From Kiritimatiellia bacterium (GTDB lineage Bacteria > Verrucomicrobiota > Kiritimatiellia > RFP12 > UBA1067), in NCBI GenBank assembly GCA_051884915.1, contig JBJEWF010000080.1, forward strand, positions 2,585 through 66,584: a stretch of DNA of 64,000 bases. The letters are read 5' to 3'. Shown here one piece after another: positions 26,722 to 36,900 of this stretch; within the stretch, counting starts at the first letter, position 1, and every line of letters begins with the position of its first letter. The translations under genes and the position numbers were made by a program. The notes under the pieces were generated by a model. The model searched no databases. It was not told where the DNA came from and was given only the letters and a program-made list of their open reading frames with translations.

Positions 26722-29016
26722 ATGAATGACATCGAACTGCTTTCCCCCGCGGGATCTTTCGAAACCGCGCTCGTCGCCTTCGCCGCCGGCGCCGACGCCG
26801 TCTATCTCGGGCTTGACGCCTTTTCCGCCCGCGCCGAGGCCGCGAACTTCACCGCGGAGCGGCTGCGCGACCTGCTTGGCCGCTGCCGGCAGGATCCGGA
26901 CGGCGCCGTCCGGAAGGTCTACGTCGCGTTCAACACCCTGATCGACGACGCCGATCTTCCCGCCGCCGTCGAGCGGCTGGCGCTGCTGGACGACTTGCGC
27001 CCCGACGGCCTGATCGTCCAGGACCTGGGCGTCGCCCGGCTTGTGCGCCGGCATTTCCCCGCCCTGGCGCTGCACGCCTCGACCCAGCTGGCCGCCCACA
27101 ATCTGGAAGGCGTGCTGGCGCTGAAGGAGCTCGGCTTCACCCGGGTCGTTCTCGCCCGCGAACTGTCCCTCGCGGAAATCGGCTCGATCGCGCGGCGCGC
27201 CGGCGTCGAAATCGAGGTTTTCGTCCACGGCGCGCTCTGCTATTCCGTGTCCGGCCTCTGCCTCTTCTCGGCCATGGAGCGGAACCGCTCCGGCAACCGC
27301 GGCCGCTGCGCCTACTGCTGCCGGCTGCCCTATCTCGACGCCCGGGGCCGCAGGTCGCTGCCCTTTTCGATGCGCGACCTGCGCCTGGACGATTCGCTCG
27401 ACGCCTTGCGCGAAGCCGGCGTCGCCTCGCTCAAAATCGAGGGCCGCATGAAGTCGCCCGTCTACGTGGCCTCCGTCACCAGGCGCTACCGCGAATTGCT
27501 GGACGGCGGCCGCGTCACGGTCTCGCGCGCCGATCTGGAGACGGTCTTCTCGCGCCGCACCACCTCCCTCTACCTCCGGCAGATGCCGGCGGCGGCGGAA
27601 ACGCAGGCGCGCGAACAGGCCGAGCAGGTGATCGATCCCGCGTCGCTGGGCCATCTGGGCACGCCGATCGGAACCGTCAAGCGCCTCACCCGGGACCGCG
27701 AGGGCCGGACGTGGCTCCGCTTCCACACCGCGCGCGCCCTCGAACGGCACGACGGCCTCCAGTTCCTGGCCGAAGGCGCCCGGCCCATGGGGTTCGGCAT
27801 CGGCGACATGCGCACGGCCCTTTCCCGCGCGACCGTCTTCTCCGTCCGCGCCGGCAGCGACGTCGAAGTCCTCGTCCCGCCCGACGCCGGACTCGCCATC
27901 GAACCGGGCGCCACCGTCTTCTGCGCCGCGTCCAACGAAGTCCGGCGGCGTTTCCCCGTGCCGTCCTTCCGCCCATCCGACTATCCGGCGGGCACGCCCG
28001 TCGCCGTCCGCGTGCGGCTCGCCGCCGACGGGATCGCGGTGCGGACCGACCAGCCGGCCGCCGCGGCGGACCTGCCCTGCGCCCTGGCGCCGGCCCGGCA
28101 TCCGGAACGGACGGAAGCGGCCGTGAAGCAGGCGTTCGCCCGTCTCGGCGGGACGGCGTGGCGGCTCGATTCGCTGACGCTGGACGACCCCGAACGCCTC
28201 TTCGTTCCGGCCTCGCTGCTCAACGACGCCCGGCGCCGGCTCGTGGACGCGCTCGACCGCGCCCGGGCGGAACGGCGGCACGCCCGGATCGAGGCGGCGC
28301 TGGCGGCGGACTGGCGGCACGCCGCCGCGGATGCGCCGGCCTCGACCCTCAAGATCCGGCTCGACCAGCCCCTCCCGCCGGACGTCTGCTCCTACGGCGA
28401 ACTGGTGATCGGCGTCGGCCACGCCGCCGGCAGGGAAATCGAGACGAAACTGGTCGCGCTCTGCGGCGCGTTGCGCGCCCGGGCGGCCGAAGCGGGCGGC
28501 GAAAGCGCCCCGCCGCTCCGTCTCGCCCTTCCCGTCTTCACGCACGAGCCGGATTTCAATGCGCTGCGCGCGGCGGTGAAGCACATGGCCAAGGCCGGCA
28601 TGGCGGCCTGGGAAGCCGCCGACCTCGCCACGCTCCGCCTCCTGCGCGAACAGGGGCTGGACGACATCACGGCCGACTGGACGATCTACGCCTTCAACCG
28701 CGCCGCCCTCGCCCAGGTCGCCGACATGGGGGTCCGGCGGATTGTCGCCTCGCCCGAATCGACGCCGGAAAATCTCGAATGGCTTGCCCGGCAGCCCGTC
28801 GCGGTCGAATTCCTGTCCGAGCAGTCGACGCCGCTCTTCATCTCCCTCACCCGCCCGGCGGTCGACGACTGTTCGCGGCTTGCGGACCCGAAGGGCGGCC
28901 GGTACGCCGCCTACGTGGTCGACGGGCTGTGGGTGACGTCGCGCGCCGGGCCGCGCACGTTTGCGCCGCCGGCGGCCGCCGGCTGCCGCCGCGTCGACAG
29001 GTCGTGGGACGCCTGA
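26722..29016 (+). CDS. Long-form peptidase-U32-family protein (candidate RNA hydroxylase of the RlhA/TrhP type rather than a protease)
   Basis: Track ORF trimmed to ATG 26722 (MNDIELLSPAGSFETALVAFAAGADAVYLGL, a typical U32 N-terminus). 764 aa. Cys-rich block RNRSGNRGRCAYCCRLPY. Confidence 0.8.
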   Translation: MNDIELLSPAGSFETALVAFAAGADAVYLGLDAFSARAEAANFTAERLRDLLGRCRQDPDGAVRKVYVAFNTLIDDADLPAAVERLALLDDLRPDGLIVQDLGVARLVRRHFPALALHASTQLAAHNLEGVLALKELGFTRVVLARELSLAEIGSIARRAGVEIEVFVHGALCYSVSGLCLFSAMERNRSGNRGRCAYCCRLPYLDARGRRSLPFSMRDLRLDDSLDALREAGVASLKIEGRMKSPVYVASVTRRYRELLDGGRVTVSRADLETVFSRRTTSLYLRQMPAAAETQAREQAEQVIDPASLGHLGTPIGTVKRLTRDREGRTWLRFHTARALERHDGLQFLAEGARPMGFGIGDMRTALSRATVFSVRAGSDVEVLVPPDAGLAIEPGATVFCAASNEVRRRFPVPSFRPSDYPAGTPVAVRVRLAADGIAVRTDQPAAAADLPCALAPARHPERTEAAVKQAFARLGGTAWRLDSLTLDDPERLFVPASLLNDARRRLVDALDRARAERRHARIEAALAADWRHAAADAPASTLKIRLDQPLPPDVCSYGELVIGVGHAAGREIETKLVALCGALRARAAEAGGESAPPLRLALPVFTHEPDFNALRAAVKHMAKAGMAAWEAADLATLRLLREQGLDDITADWTIYAFNRAALAQVADMGVRRIVASPESTPENLEWLARQPVAVEFLSEQSTPLFISLTRPAVDDCSRLADPKGGRYAAYVVDGLWVTSRAGPRTFAPPAAAGCRRVDRSWDA

Positions 29017-30071
29017 GGGAGGTTCCGCAGCCGGAGCTGGCCGCAGGCGGCGGCGACGTCCCTGCCGCGGCTCCGGCGGAGCATCGTCTGGATGCGCGCC
29101 TTCATCAGCACGTCAAGAAAGGCCATCAGCGTCGGCTCGTCCGGCGTCTCGAAGTCGGGACGGTGGTCGACCGGCGACAGCGGGATCAGGTTGACCTTGC
29201 ACGACGGCAGACGCCGGAGACGGCGGACAAGCTCCTCCGCGCAGGCGCGCGAGTCGTTCAGGCCCTTCACGAGCGTGTATTCGAACGTGATCACCCGCCC
29301 CGTCGCGCGCGTGTAGTCGCGGCACGCCGCCAGCAGGTCCTCGATTGGCCACCGCCGGTTGACGGGCATCAGCCGCGTGCGGATTTCGTCGTTGGGCGCG
29401 TGGAGCGACACCGACAGCTCGAACTGAAGCCCCTCCGCGGCCAGTTTCCTGAATCCCGGCACGACGCCGCAGGTCGACAGCGTGATGTGGCGCGCGCCGA
29501 GATTGGGGCCCTTGCCCGCGTTGAGGATCTTGAGCGCGCGCATCGTCTCGTCGTAGTTGGCGAAAGGCTCGCCCATGCCCATCACGACGACGTTCGTCAG
29601 GCAGAGCCCCGAACCCTGGCGCCGGTTGTCGGGCGTGGCGAACAGGCGCTGCGCCACCATCACTTCGGCGACGATCTCGTCCGCCGTCAGGGAGCGGACG
29701 AGTCCGCGGCTGCCGCTCGCGCAGAACGCGCATCCCATCGCGCAGCCGACCTGGGAGGAAATGCACTGCGTCAGGCGCCCCCGGGCCGGAATCACGACCG
29801 TCTCGATGGAGTTCCCGTCCGCCAGCTCCAGCAGCAGCTTGGTCGTCCCGTCCCCGGACCCGTCCTTCGCCAAAACGCGCGGGACGACAATCGGGAACTC
29901 CGCCTTCAGGACGTCGCGGAGATCCCGGGGCAGCGTCGTCGCCGCGTCCCAGTCGGCGATGTAGTCGCGATAGAGGCTGTGGACGATCTGGTCCGCGCGG
30001 AACGCGCGCAGGCCGCGCGCCTCCAGGAGGGGTTTCCACTCGTCGGGATGAATCGACCAGGCGGGTCTCAT
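28911..30071 (-). CDS. rlmN: 23S rRNA/tRNA adenine-C2 methyltransferase RlmN (radical SAM)
   Basis: ATG 30071 overlaps the TetR stop (ATGA). CAMGCAFCASG radical SAM motif, MGMGEPFANY and ACGQL. The C-terminal tail overlaps the U32 3' end by 106 nt. Confidence 0.9.
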   Translation of the reverse strand: MRPAWSIHPDEWKPLLEARGLRAFRADQIVHSLYRDYIADWDAATTLPRDLRDVLKAEFPIVVPRVLAKDGSGDGTTKLLLELADGNSIETVVIPARGRLTQCISSQVGCAMGCAFCASGSRGLVRSLTADEIVAEVMVAQRLFATPDNRRQGSGLCLTNVVVMGMGEPFANYDETMRALKILNAGKGPNLGARHITLSTCGVVPGFRKLAAEGLQFELSVSLHAPNDEIRTRLMPVNRRWPIEDLLAACRDYTRATGRVITFEYTLVKGLNDSRACAEELVRRLRRLPSCKVNLIPLSPVDHRPDFETPDEPTLMAFLDVLMKARIQTMLRRSRGRDVAAACGQLRLRNLPQASHDLSTRRQPAAAGGANVRGPARDVTHSPSTT

Positions 30072-30664
30072 GTCCGCTCCAGACCTTTCAGCACTTCGTT
30101 GATGCGCGCCAGCATGTCCGACAGCGTCGCGTCGCCCGACACCGTCAGCCGGAGGACCGAACTCTCGAACTGGGCGTAGATCAGGTCGGTGAAGAATTCC
30201 GGATTGACGTCCGGGCGGAATTCCCCCTTGTGGATCCCCAGCACCAGCAGCGTGTGGACGATCCGCTTGAACCCGATCGTGAACTTCAGGATGCGGCGCG
30301 TCGGGTCGAACCCGCCGCGCTTCAGCGACAGGATGAAATCGAGGATGACGTTCAGGAACTCGCGGTTGTCGAACATCAGCGCCGTCACCATGGCGCAGAT
30401 CTCGCGCAGGCGGACGGCCACCGGCAGCTTGGAGTGGACGATCTCCTTGTGGCGCTGGACGATCGTGTCCATCAGGAACACGATGGCCGTATCGAAGATC
30501 TGGCGCTTGTTGCGGAAATAGCGGTAGAGGATCGTGCGGGCGATGCCGCACCGCTCGGAAATCTCGCGGAACGACACGTCCTTGTAGCCGACTTCGGCGA
30601 AGAGCCGAATCGACTGCGTGATGATCTCCTTCTTGCGCGCGTTGTGGTCGACGGACTTCTTCAT
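30068..30664 (-). CDS. TetR/AcrR-family transcriptional regulator
   Basis: 198 aa. N-terminal HTH: ARKKEIITQSIRLFAEVGYKDVSFREISERCGIARTILYRYF. Confidence 0.88.
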   Translation of the reverse strand: MKKSVDHNARKKEIITQSIRLFAEVGYKDVSFREISERCGIARTILYRYFRNKRQIFDTAIVFLMDTIVQRHKEIVHSKLPVAVRLREICAMVTALMFDNREFLNVILDFILSLKRGGFDPTRRILKFTIGFKRIVHTLLVLGIHKGEFRPDVNPEFFTDLIYAQFESSVLRLTVSGDATLSDMLARINEVLKGLERT

Positions 30665-30667
30665 CGC

Positions 30668-32758
30668 TCAACGCCCCGCCTTTCGTTCCGCGCAATGCCC
30701 GCAGGGGGCGGCGGACGCCTCCTGGCGCGCCGGCGCCACGGGACGCTTCTGCCCGATCAGACGGCGCCAGGCGTTCTCGCGGATGTCCGAGAACCCTTCG
30801 GCCAGGCGCCCGTCCGCGCCGGGCGTCAGGCGGACGAGCTGCGTCGCGTGGCCGAAGACGGTGGCCTTGTAGACGCCCCGGACGGGCGGCTCGTCCTTCT
30901 GGCGCCAGAGGTCGCGCACGTTCCAGGTTCCCTCCAGGCCGTAGGCTGCGAGGTCGAACGCGATGTCCGCGGTCGCGAGCCCGGCGTTCAGCAACCCCAC
31001 CGCCACCGAGCCGTCGGCCAGCGGACGGGCCCAGATTTCGCCAAAGCCGTCCGTGCCGATTTTCGCCGCGCCGGCGCCGAGCGGATCCTGGTCGACGGCG
31101 AGCACCTCGTCGTTCGCGAGAAGATTGAACGTGAAGTCGTCCAGACGCGTCAGGTCGCAGCCGATCATCAGCGGCGCGCCGACCAGACACCAGAGCGAAA
31201 GGTGCGAATACTGTTCGTTCGGCGTCAGGCGCGATCCCGCGAACCCGTTCCAGCGCATCCTGCCGACGCAGAGCATGTCGGGGTCGTTCCAGGCGCCCGG
31301 ACGCGACCAGTACCAGAGGTCCTGCTGGTGCTGGATGCTCCCGTAAATGCTTCCCCAGTTGTCGAACACGTCGCCCGTCGTGCGCCAGCACTGCCCGTGG
31401 ACGGACTCGCCCCAGCACGACACGTTGCCCATGCCGTACTGGCAGAGCGAGAAGACGATGTCGCGGTTCTGGGCGCGCAGGGCCTGCCCCATCAGGAGAT
31501 ACGGGAGGCGCAGGCGGTCAAGGCCGCCGCCAATGGCCACGCGGTCGTAGCTGCACCAGTCGTATTTGAGGTAGTCGTATCCCCAGGCGGCGTAGGTCGC
31601 CGCGTCCTGGAATTCGTGCCTCCAGCTGCCCGCGCAGCCCCCGCAGGTCAACGGGCCGGGAGACGAGTAGAGGCCGATGCGCAGGCCCCGGGCGTGGACG
31701 GATTCGGCCAGTTCCGCCATGCTGGGGAACCGGGCGTTCACGCCAATCGAGCCGTCGGCGTTCCGCGCGGGGCCATCCGCCTTCTCGCCCGGGCGGTTCT
31801 GCCAGAAGTCGTCGATGTTGACGTAGGACCAGCCGTGGTCCGCCAGTCCGCTGGCGACCATCGCCTCGGCGGCCGCCTCGACCTTCTGCGCGGAGACGTT
31901 GCCGCCGAACGCGTTCCAGCTGTTCCAGCCCATGGGCGGCGTCAGCGCGATCCTGTCGCCCACCACCAGCGCCAGCGTCCGCGTCGCGCGGCCCTTCGCG
32001 TTCTTCGCCTCCACCCGCACCTCGTAGGTCCCGGGGCGCTGGACCGCGCCGTTGATGCTCTGGCGCGCCGCGTCGAAATAGGCCCCCGCCGGCAGATCCG
32101 AGACGGTGATCGCGACGGGCCGTTCGCCCGAGACGGGCACGCGAAAGAGAATGGGATGGCCGGGGCGGACGCCGAACACGGACGGGCCGTTGATGCGCGG
32201 CGCCGCGGCCGCGGGCGGCGTCAGGACACCCAGCTGCCGCGTCAGCTCCGCGGGCTTGACGGGGCCGGTCCCGTCCTTGAACGCGAAAAACGCCTCCGCC
32301 CAGTCCGCGTGGTCGCTGTCGTTTCCGTCGCCCGCGTCCGAAACTTCGAGAACGACGACCTGGACGCCCGCCAGATCGACGTCGAAACGGTGGAGGCGCT
32401 TCGTCTTGCGCAGAACGCCGGAAGTGGCCAGCAGCCGGCCGTCGCCCCACACCTTGAATTCCACGGAGGCTTTCGGCCGGCCCTTCACTTCATCGTCCAG
32501 TCCGGCATCGGCCACGAACCGCAGGGCGTTTCCGCCGACGGGAACGGTCAGCGAACTGTTCGCGTGCGTCCCCAGGCCGCGCGCGTAGGTTTTCCCCTTG
32601 ATCGCCAGCAGCCCGCCTTCGACGGAACGGGCCACCAGCGGGGTGCGGTAGGAGCAGGTCATCGACGACCGGTCGAGATCTTCAAGCCAAATCCGATTTT
32701 CCGCGACGCCCGCCAGGGCCATCGTCGCCAGCGCCAAGCAGCAAGCAGCTTTGTCCAT
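30668..32758 (-). CDS. GH27 alpha-galactosidase / alpha-N-acetylgalactosaminidase with N-terminal NPCBM-like carbohydrate-binding domain
   Basis: 696 aa. Signal peptide. NPCBM-type start (WLEDLDRS...GLGTHANS). GH27 blocks PPMGWNSWNAF and YDYLKYDWC. Confidence 0.88.
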   Translation of the reverse strand: MDKAACCLALATMALAGVAENRIWLEDLDRSSMTCSYRTPLVARSVEGGLLAIKGKTYARGLGTHANSSLTVPVGGNALRFVADAGLDDEVKGRPKASVEFKVWGDGRLLATSGVLRKTKRLHRFDVDLAGVQVVVLEVSDAGDGNDSDHADWAEAFFAFKDGTGPVKPAELTRQLGVLTPPAAAAPRINGPSVFGVRPGHPILFRVPVSGERPVAITVSDLPAGAYFDAARQSINGAVQRPGTYEVRVEAKNAKGRATRTLALVVGDRIALTPPMGWNSWNAFGGNVSAQKVEAAAEAMVASGLADHGWSYVNIDDFWQNRPGEKADGPARNADGSIGVNARFPSMAELAESVHARGLRIGLYSSPGPLTCGGCAGSWRHEFQDAATYAAWGYDYLKYDWCSYDRVAIGGGLDRLRLPYLLMGQALRAQNRDIVFSLCQYGMGNVSCWGESVHGQCWRTTGDVFDNWGSIYGSIQHQQDLWYWSRPGAWNDPDMLCVGRMRWNGFAGSRLTPNEQYSHLSLWCLVGAPLMIGCDLTRLDDFTFNLLANDEVLAVDQDPLGAGAAKIGTDGFGEIWARPLADGSVAVGLLNAGLATADIAFDLAAYGLEGTWNVRDLWRQKDEPPVRGVYKATVFGHATQLVRLTPGADGRLAEGFSDIRENAWRRLIGQKRPVAPARQEASAAPCGHCAERKAGR

Positions 32759-32764
32759 GGGCGT

Positions 32765-32773
32765 ATTCTACCA
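32765..32773 (-). promoter_or_regulatory. Extended -10 promoter TGgTAGAAT 6 nt upstream of the GH27 ATG (leaderless configuration)
   Basis: Minus strand reads ATATGGTAGAATACGCCCATG. There is no room for a Shine-Dalgarno site. Confidence 0.55.
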
Positions 32774-32824
32774 TATTTCCCGGGAAACGGGCGTGCCGGA
32801 CCGCTACCTGCGGGTCCCGTTTTA

Positions 32825-32833
32825 TGGTAGAAT
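32825..32833 (+). promoter_or_regulatory. Extended -10 promoter TGgTAGAAT 7 nt upstream of the holA GTG (leaderless configuration)
   Basis: Plus strand reads TTATGGTAGAATATCCCCCGTG. It is the mirror image of the element at 32765-32773. Confidence 0.55.
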
Positions 32834-32840
32834 ATCCCCC

Positions 32841-33947
32841 GTGTCGAAAACTGCGAACATCCATCTCATCGTCGGCGAGGACGACTACCTCGCCGAGGCC
32901 GCCGCCCGCAAGGTGCTGGAGGCCGCCGTGCCGCCCGCCCTGCGGCAGAGCGCCGTCGACGTCGTCGACGGCCGCGCGGACAACATGGAGGACCAGCTGA
33001 ACGCCCTGAAGTCCTGCCGGGCGTCCGTGCAGACTCCGCCCTTTCTCGATCCGGTCAAGCTGACCTGGTGGAAAGGCGTCACCTTCCTGCCGGGCGGCGG
33101 CAAGGGCGGCCGGATCTCGGCGGTCGTCAAGACGGCGCTGGAGAAGTTCGCGGACGACCTCGCCGCCCATCCGCTGCCGGACAACCAGTTTCTCGTCGTC
33201 ACGGCGACGAAGCTCCTGAAGACGAGCCTGTTCGCCAAGACGGTCGGGAAAGTCGCCGAAGTCGTCGAGTTCGCCTCCGCCGAGAGAAGCCGCGACCGCC
33301 AGGACGCCGCGCGGGCCCGGCTGCCCGAATACGCGGCGGCGGAGGGGCTTTCCTTCGAGCCGGGCGCCGCCGAGGCGTTCGTCGCGAAAGTCGGAACCGA
33401 CACGCGCACGATCGTCAACGAACTGGCGAAACTGCGCACCTACCTCGGCGGGGACGGGACGGTTTCGCAGGCCGACGTGGCGGAGGTCTGCTGTCTGGGC
33501 GGCGAAGAGCCGGAAATCTGGGACCTGACCGACGCCATCGGCCAGCGCGACGCCCGGAAACTGCTCCAGACGCTCGCCCGGTTCGAGGACAAGCAGGGCA
33601 ACGGCATCCGCCTGGCCAATCTGGCGGAGAAGGCCTTCCGCGACCTCGTCGTCGTCCGCGACGCCCTCGACGGCAAGTGGCTGACGCCGCACGGCACCTG
33701 GAACGCCCGAACGCCCCCGGAGGTCCTGGCCGACCTCGACGCGGCCGGCTGCGGCCCCCATGCGCTCAAAAGCCCCTACCTGCTCCGCCGCAGGATCGCC
33801 AGCGCCCGCAATTTCACGCTGTTCGAACTGCGCGTGGCGCGGGGACGCATGCTGAAGGCCCGCGAGCAGCTGGTCTCGTCCGCGTCCGCGACCGCCGCGC
33901 TCGTCTCCCAGGAGCTGCTGCGCATCCTGGGGAAACCGAAACGCTGA
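32841..33947 (+). CDS. holA: DNA polymerase III delta subunit
   Basis: Start taken as GTG 32841; the track start 32751 would overlap the GH27 start. N-terminus NIHLIVGEDDYLAEAAARKVL and the roughly 368-aa length fit HolA. Confidence 0.7.
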   Translation: MSKTANIHLIVGEDDYLAEAAARKVLEAAVPPALRQSAVDVVDGRADNMEDQLNALKSCRASVQTPPFLDPVKLTWWKGVTFLPGGGKGGRISAVVKTALEKFADDLAAHPLPDNQFLVVTATKLLKTSLFAKTVGKVAEVVEFASAERSRDRQDAARARLPEYAAAEGLSFEPGAAEAFVAKVGTDTRTIVNELAKLRTYLGGDGTVSQADVAEVCCLGGEEPEIWDLTDAIGQRDARKLLQTLARFEDKQGNGIRLANLAEKAFRDLVVVRDALDGKWLTPHGTWNARTPPEVLADLDAAGCGPHALKSPYLLRRRIASARNFTLFELRVARGRMLKAREQLVSSASATAALVSQELLRILGKPKR

Positions 33948-33975
33948 TTTGAGCTCACCAACCAAAGGACTAGAG

Positions 33976-36900
33976 ATGTTCACCAACCTGTTTTCCATCG
34001 AAACGAAGCCCGGCGCCTTTTTCCGCCGCATCGACTGGACGGCCTTCTGGAGCGCCACGCTCATCGCGTTTCTCGTCTACTTCTTCACGCTGGGCCCCAG
34101 CGTGGGGCTTGAGGATTCGGGCGAACTGGCAACCGCCGCCGACCACTTGGGCGTGCCGCATCCCCCCGGGTATCCGTTCTGGTCGCTCTGCTGCTGGTTC
34201 TTCTGCCGCCTGTTCAGCTGGGTCACCTACATGGGCCAGCCCACGCCGGCCTGGGCGGTTTCGCTCTTTTCCGCCGTTGCCGGCGCCTTTGCCGCCGGCT
34301 GCACGGCCATGCTGATCTGCCGCTCGGGCAGCGACATGCTGGATTCGATGGCGGCCGACGCCCTCGCCGCGAACGCGGCGGATGGCGCCCGGCGGAAAAA
34401 CGCCGCCATGTCCCTCGCCGGCGGCCTGGGCGGCTCGCTCGTCTTCGCCTTCTCCCCCGTCGAATGGTCGCAGTCGACCATCGTCGAGATCTATTCGCTC
34501 AACGCGCTTTTCCTGATGGCGGTGTTTCTGCTGTCCTACCGCTGGATGCGCAAGCCGTCGGACAGGATTCTCTGGCTCACCTCCTTCATCTTCGGCCTGG
34601 GCCTGACGAACTACCAGGTCCTCCTGCTCGCCGCCGTGCCGCTGGCCATCATCATCGCGCTCAGCAACATCCGCCTGTTTCGCGACTTCGCCCTGATCAT
34701 GATTCCCGTCGGCCTCACGGCGAAGGTCCTCCAGATCGGCTCCATGATGAAGGCCAGCAGCGTCATGAGCGCCGACGTCATCAACAAGTACGCCCCCGTC
34801 CTGGAGACGAAGGCCTGCCCGGACGAACGGGTCCTCTGGCTTGGCTGCGTTCTGCTGGTCGCCGCCCCGGTCGTCGGCGCGTTCCTCGCGCGCCGCCGGG
34901 ACGCCCGGGCGCAGAAGGCCGCGCTGGCCACGGGCTTTGCCGGCGTCGGGCTGCTCGTCCTCGCCGCCACGGTCTTCTCCCACCCCGCGACCTGGTCGGG
35001 GCTGCACGAGACGCCGGTCGCGCCGCTGCTGGAACCCGCGCGCTACGTCTGGCTGGCCGCGTTTCTCGCCGCCGCCTGCATCTGCTCGCTCGGCGCCGTT
35101 TTCGCGCCGCCGGAGGCCACGGTCAGGGACAAGTCCGTCTGGCAGTGGTACGCCGCCGGCGGCGTCTGCGCGTTTCTCGCCATCTCGATCGCCGCCGGCC
35201 TGAAGGCGGCCGGAGCCGACGGCTACGCGGGCCCCGTGTTCAGCTACGCGAAGCCGACGCTGCTGCTGCTCGTCGGCGTCGTCCTCCTGTTCGCCCTGTC
35301 CGCGACGACCCCGCGCGGACTCGCTTTCGCGCTTCCCGTCTCGGCCGTCCAGATCACGGTCCAGATCCTTCTCGTCAAGGGCGCGATGAACGGTCTCACG
35401 AATCCGCACAGCTGGTGGTTCTTCTGGCCGATCGTCTGGAACTTCCTCGTGCTCGGCCTTGCCGCCGTCGCGCTGCCGTCGGGCCGCTCCATCGCCCCGG
35501 CGCTGTTCTTCGCCGAACTCGGCGTCTCCTTCTACGCCTACATGCCGATTGTCTCCGACCTGCGCAATCCGCCGATGAACTGGGGCTACCCGCGCACGTG
35601 GGAAGGCTTCAAGCACGCCATCATGCGCGGCCAGTACGAAGCGATCAAGATGCCCGACTTCTTTTCCGCGTCCGGCTTCCAGCTCTTCCTCAAGCAGCTG
35701 GGCTTCTACTTCCAGGACCTCCGCATGCAGTTCACGCTCGTCGCGGCGGCGCTTGCCCTGCTGCCGTTCACCGTGTGGAAGCTCACGCTCAGGACCGCGC
35801 GCCGGACGGTTCGCGTCAACGCCCTGACGATCGCGGCCGTGCTCTACGTCGCGGTGGCGGGCCTGGTGATCGTCTTCTCCGAACTGCTGGACGTCACGGG
35901 CGGCGAAGTGCCGCTGCGGCTCGACAAGCTGCTGCTGCTGCTCCTGGCGCTGCTCGTGGTCGTCGGCGTGGGCGCGATCCTCTTCGAGCAGGGCGCCGCC
36001 GTCTACGGCATGATCCGCGGCAGGACGGAGCCGGGCGCCCCCTCCGCGGACGCGAAATTCGTCCTCGCGTTCGGGGCGGACAACGTCTTCCAGCAGTGGC
36101 TGATCGCTTCGGGCGCCTGCTTCGCGCTCATGTCCCTTTTCCTCGTCGCGCTGGCCGGCGTCAAGGGCGACATCCAGGACGGCTTCATCCAGAAGGTGAA
36201 GTTCATCTCGTCGCACGGCATGTTCTCGATCTGGATCGGCTACGGGCTCGTCGTCGGCCTCGCCGTGGCGACCCAGCTGGTGGAGAGGGTCGTCCGGCCC
36301 GGCGAAAGGGCCCGGCGCGCCGCCTTCGCCGGCCTCTGCGTCGCCGCCGGCTGCATCGCGCTGATTCCAATTTACGAAAACTACACGAACAGGAAACTCG
36401 TCTTCGCGATGGGATCCGCGGAACAGAACGGCCACACCTTCGGCTGGCAGTTCGGCAACTACCAGCTCCGCGGCGCCAACGCCATCCGCGAGGAATTGGC
36501 CGACGACGAGGAACCGCTTCCCAACCCGATGTGGCCCGAGGAGATGGAGCCGCATTCGATTTTCTTCGGCGGCACGGATCCGGGGCGTTTCGTCCCGACC
36601 TACATGATCTACTCCGCCAACGTGCGCCCGGACGTCTACCTCATCACGCAGAATGCGCTGGCCGACGACACCTACATGTCGGTCGAACGCGATCTCTACG
36701 GGGACGAAATCTGGATTCCCGCCAAGGAGGACTCCGCCGAGTCGTTCAACATCTACGTGAGCGAGGTCCAGAGCGGCAAACGTCCCGCCAACGCCGATCT
36801 CCGCATCGAGAACGGCCGCGTCCAGGTGACGGGCGCGTTGGGCGTCATGGAGATCAACGGCGTGCTCACGAAGATGATGTTCGACCACGAGCGCCTGCGC

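Larger units (their letters stand above)
32764..32834. repeat. Perfect 12-nt inverted repeat framing the divergent GH27/holA control region
   Basis: TATTCTACCATA (32764-32775) is the exact reverse complement of TATGGTAGAATA (32823-32834). Confidence 0.9.
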
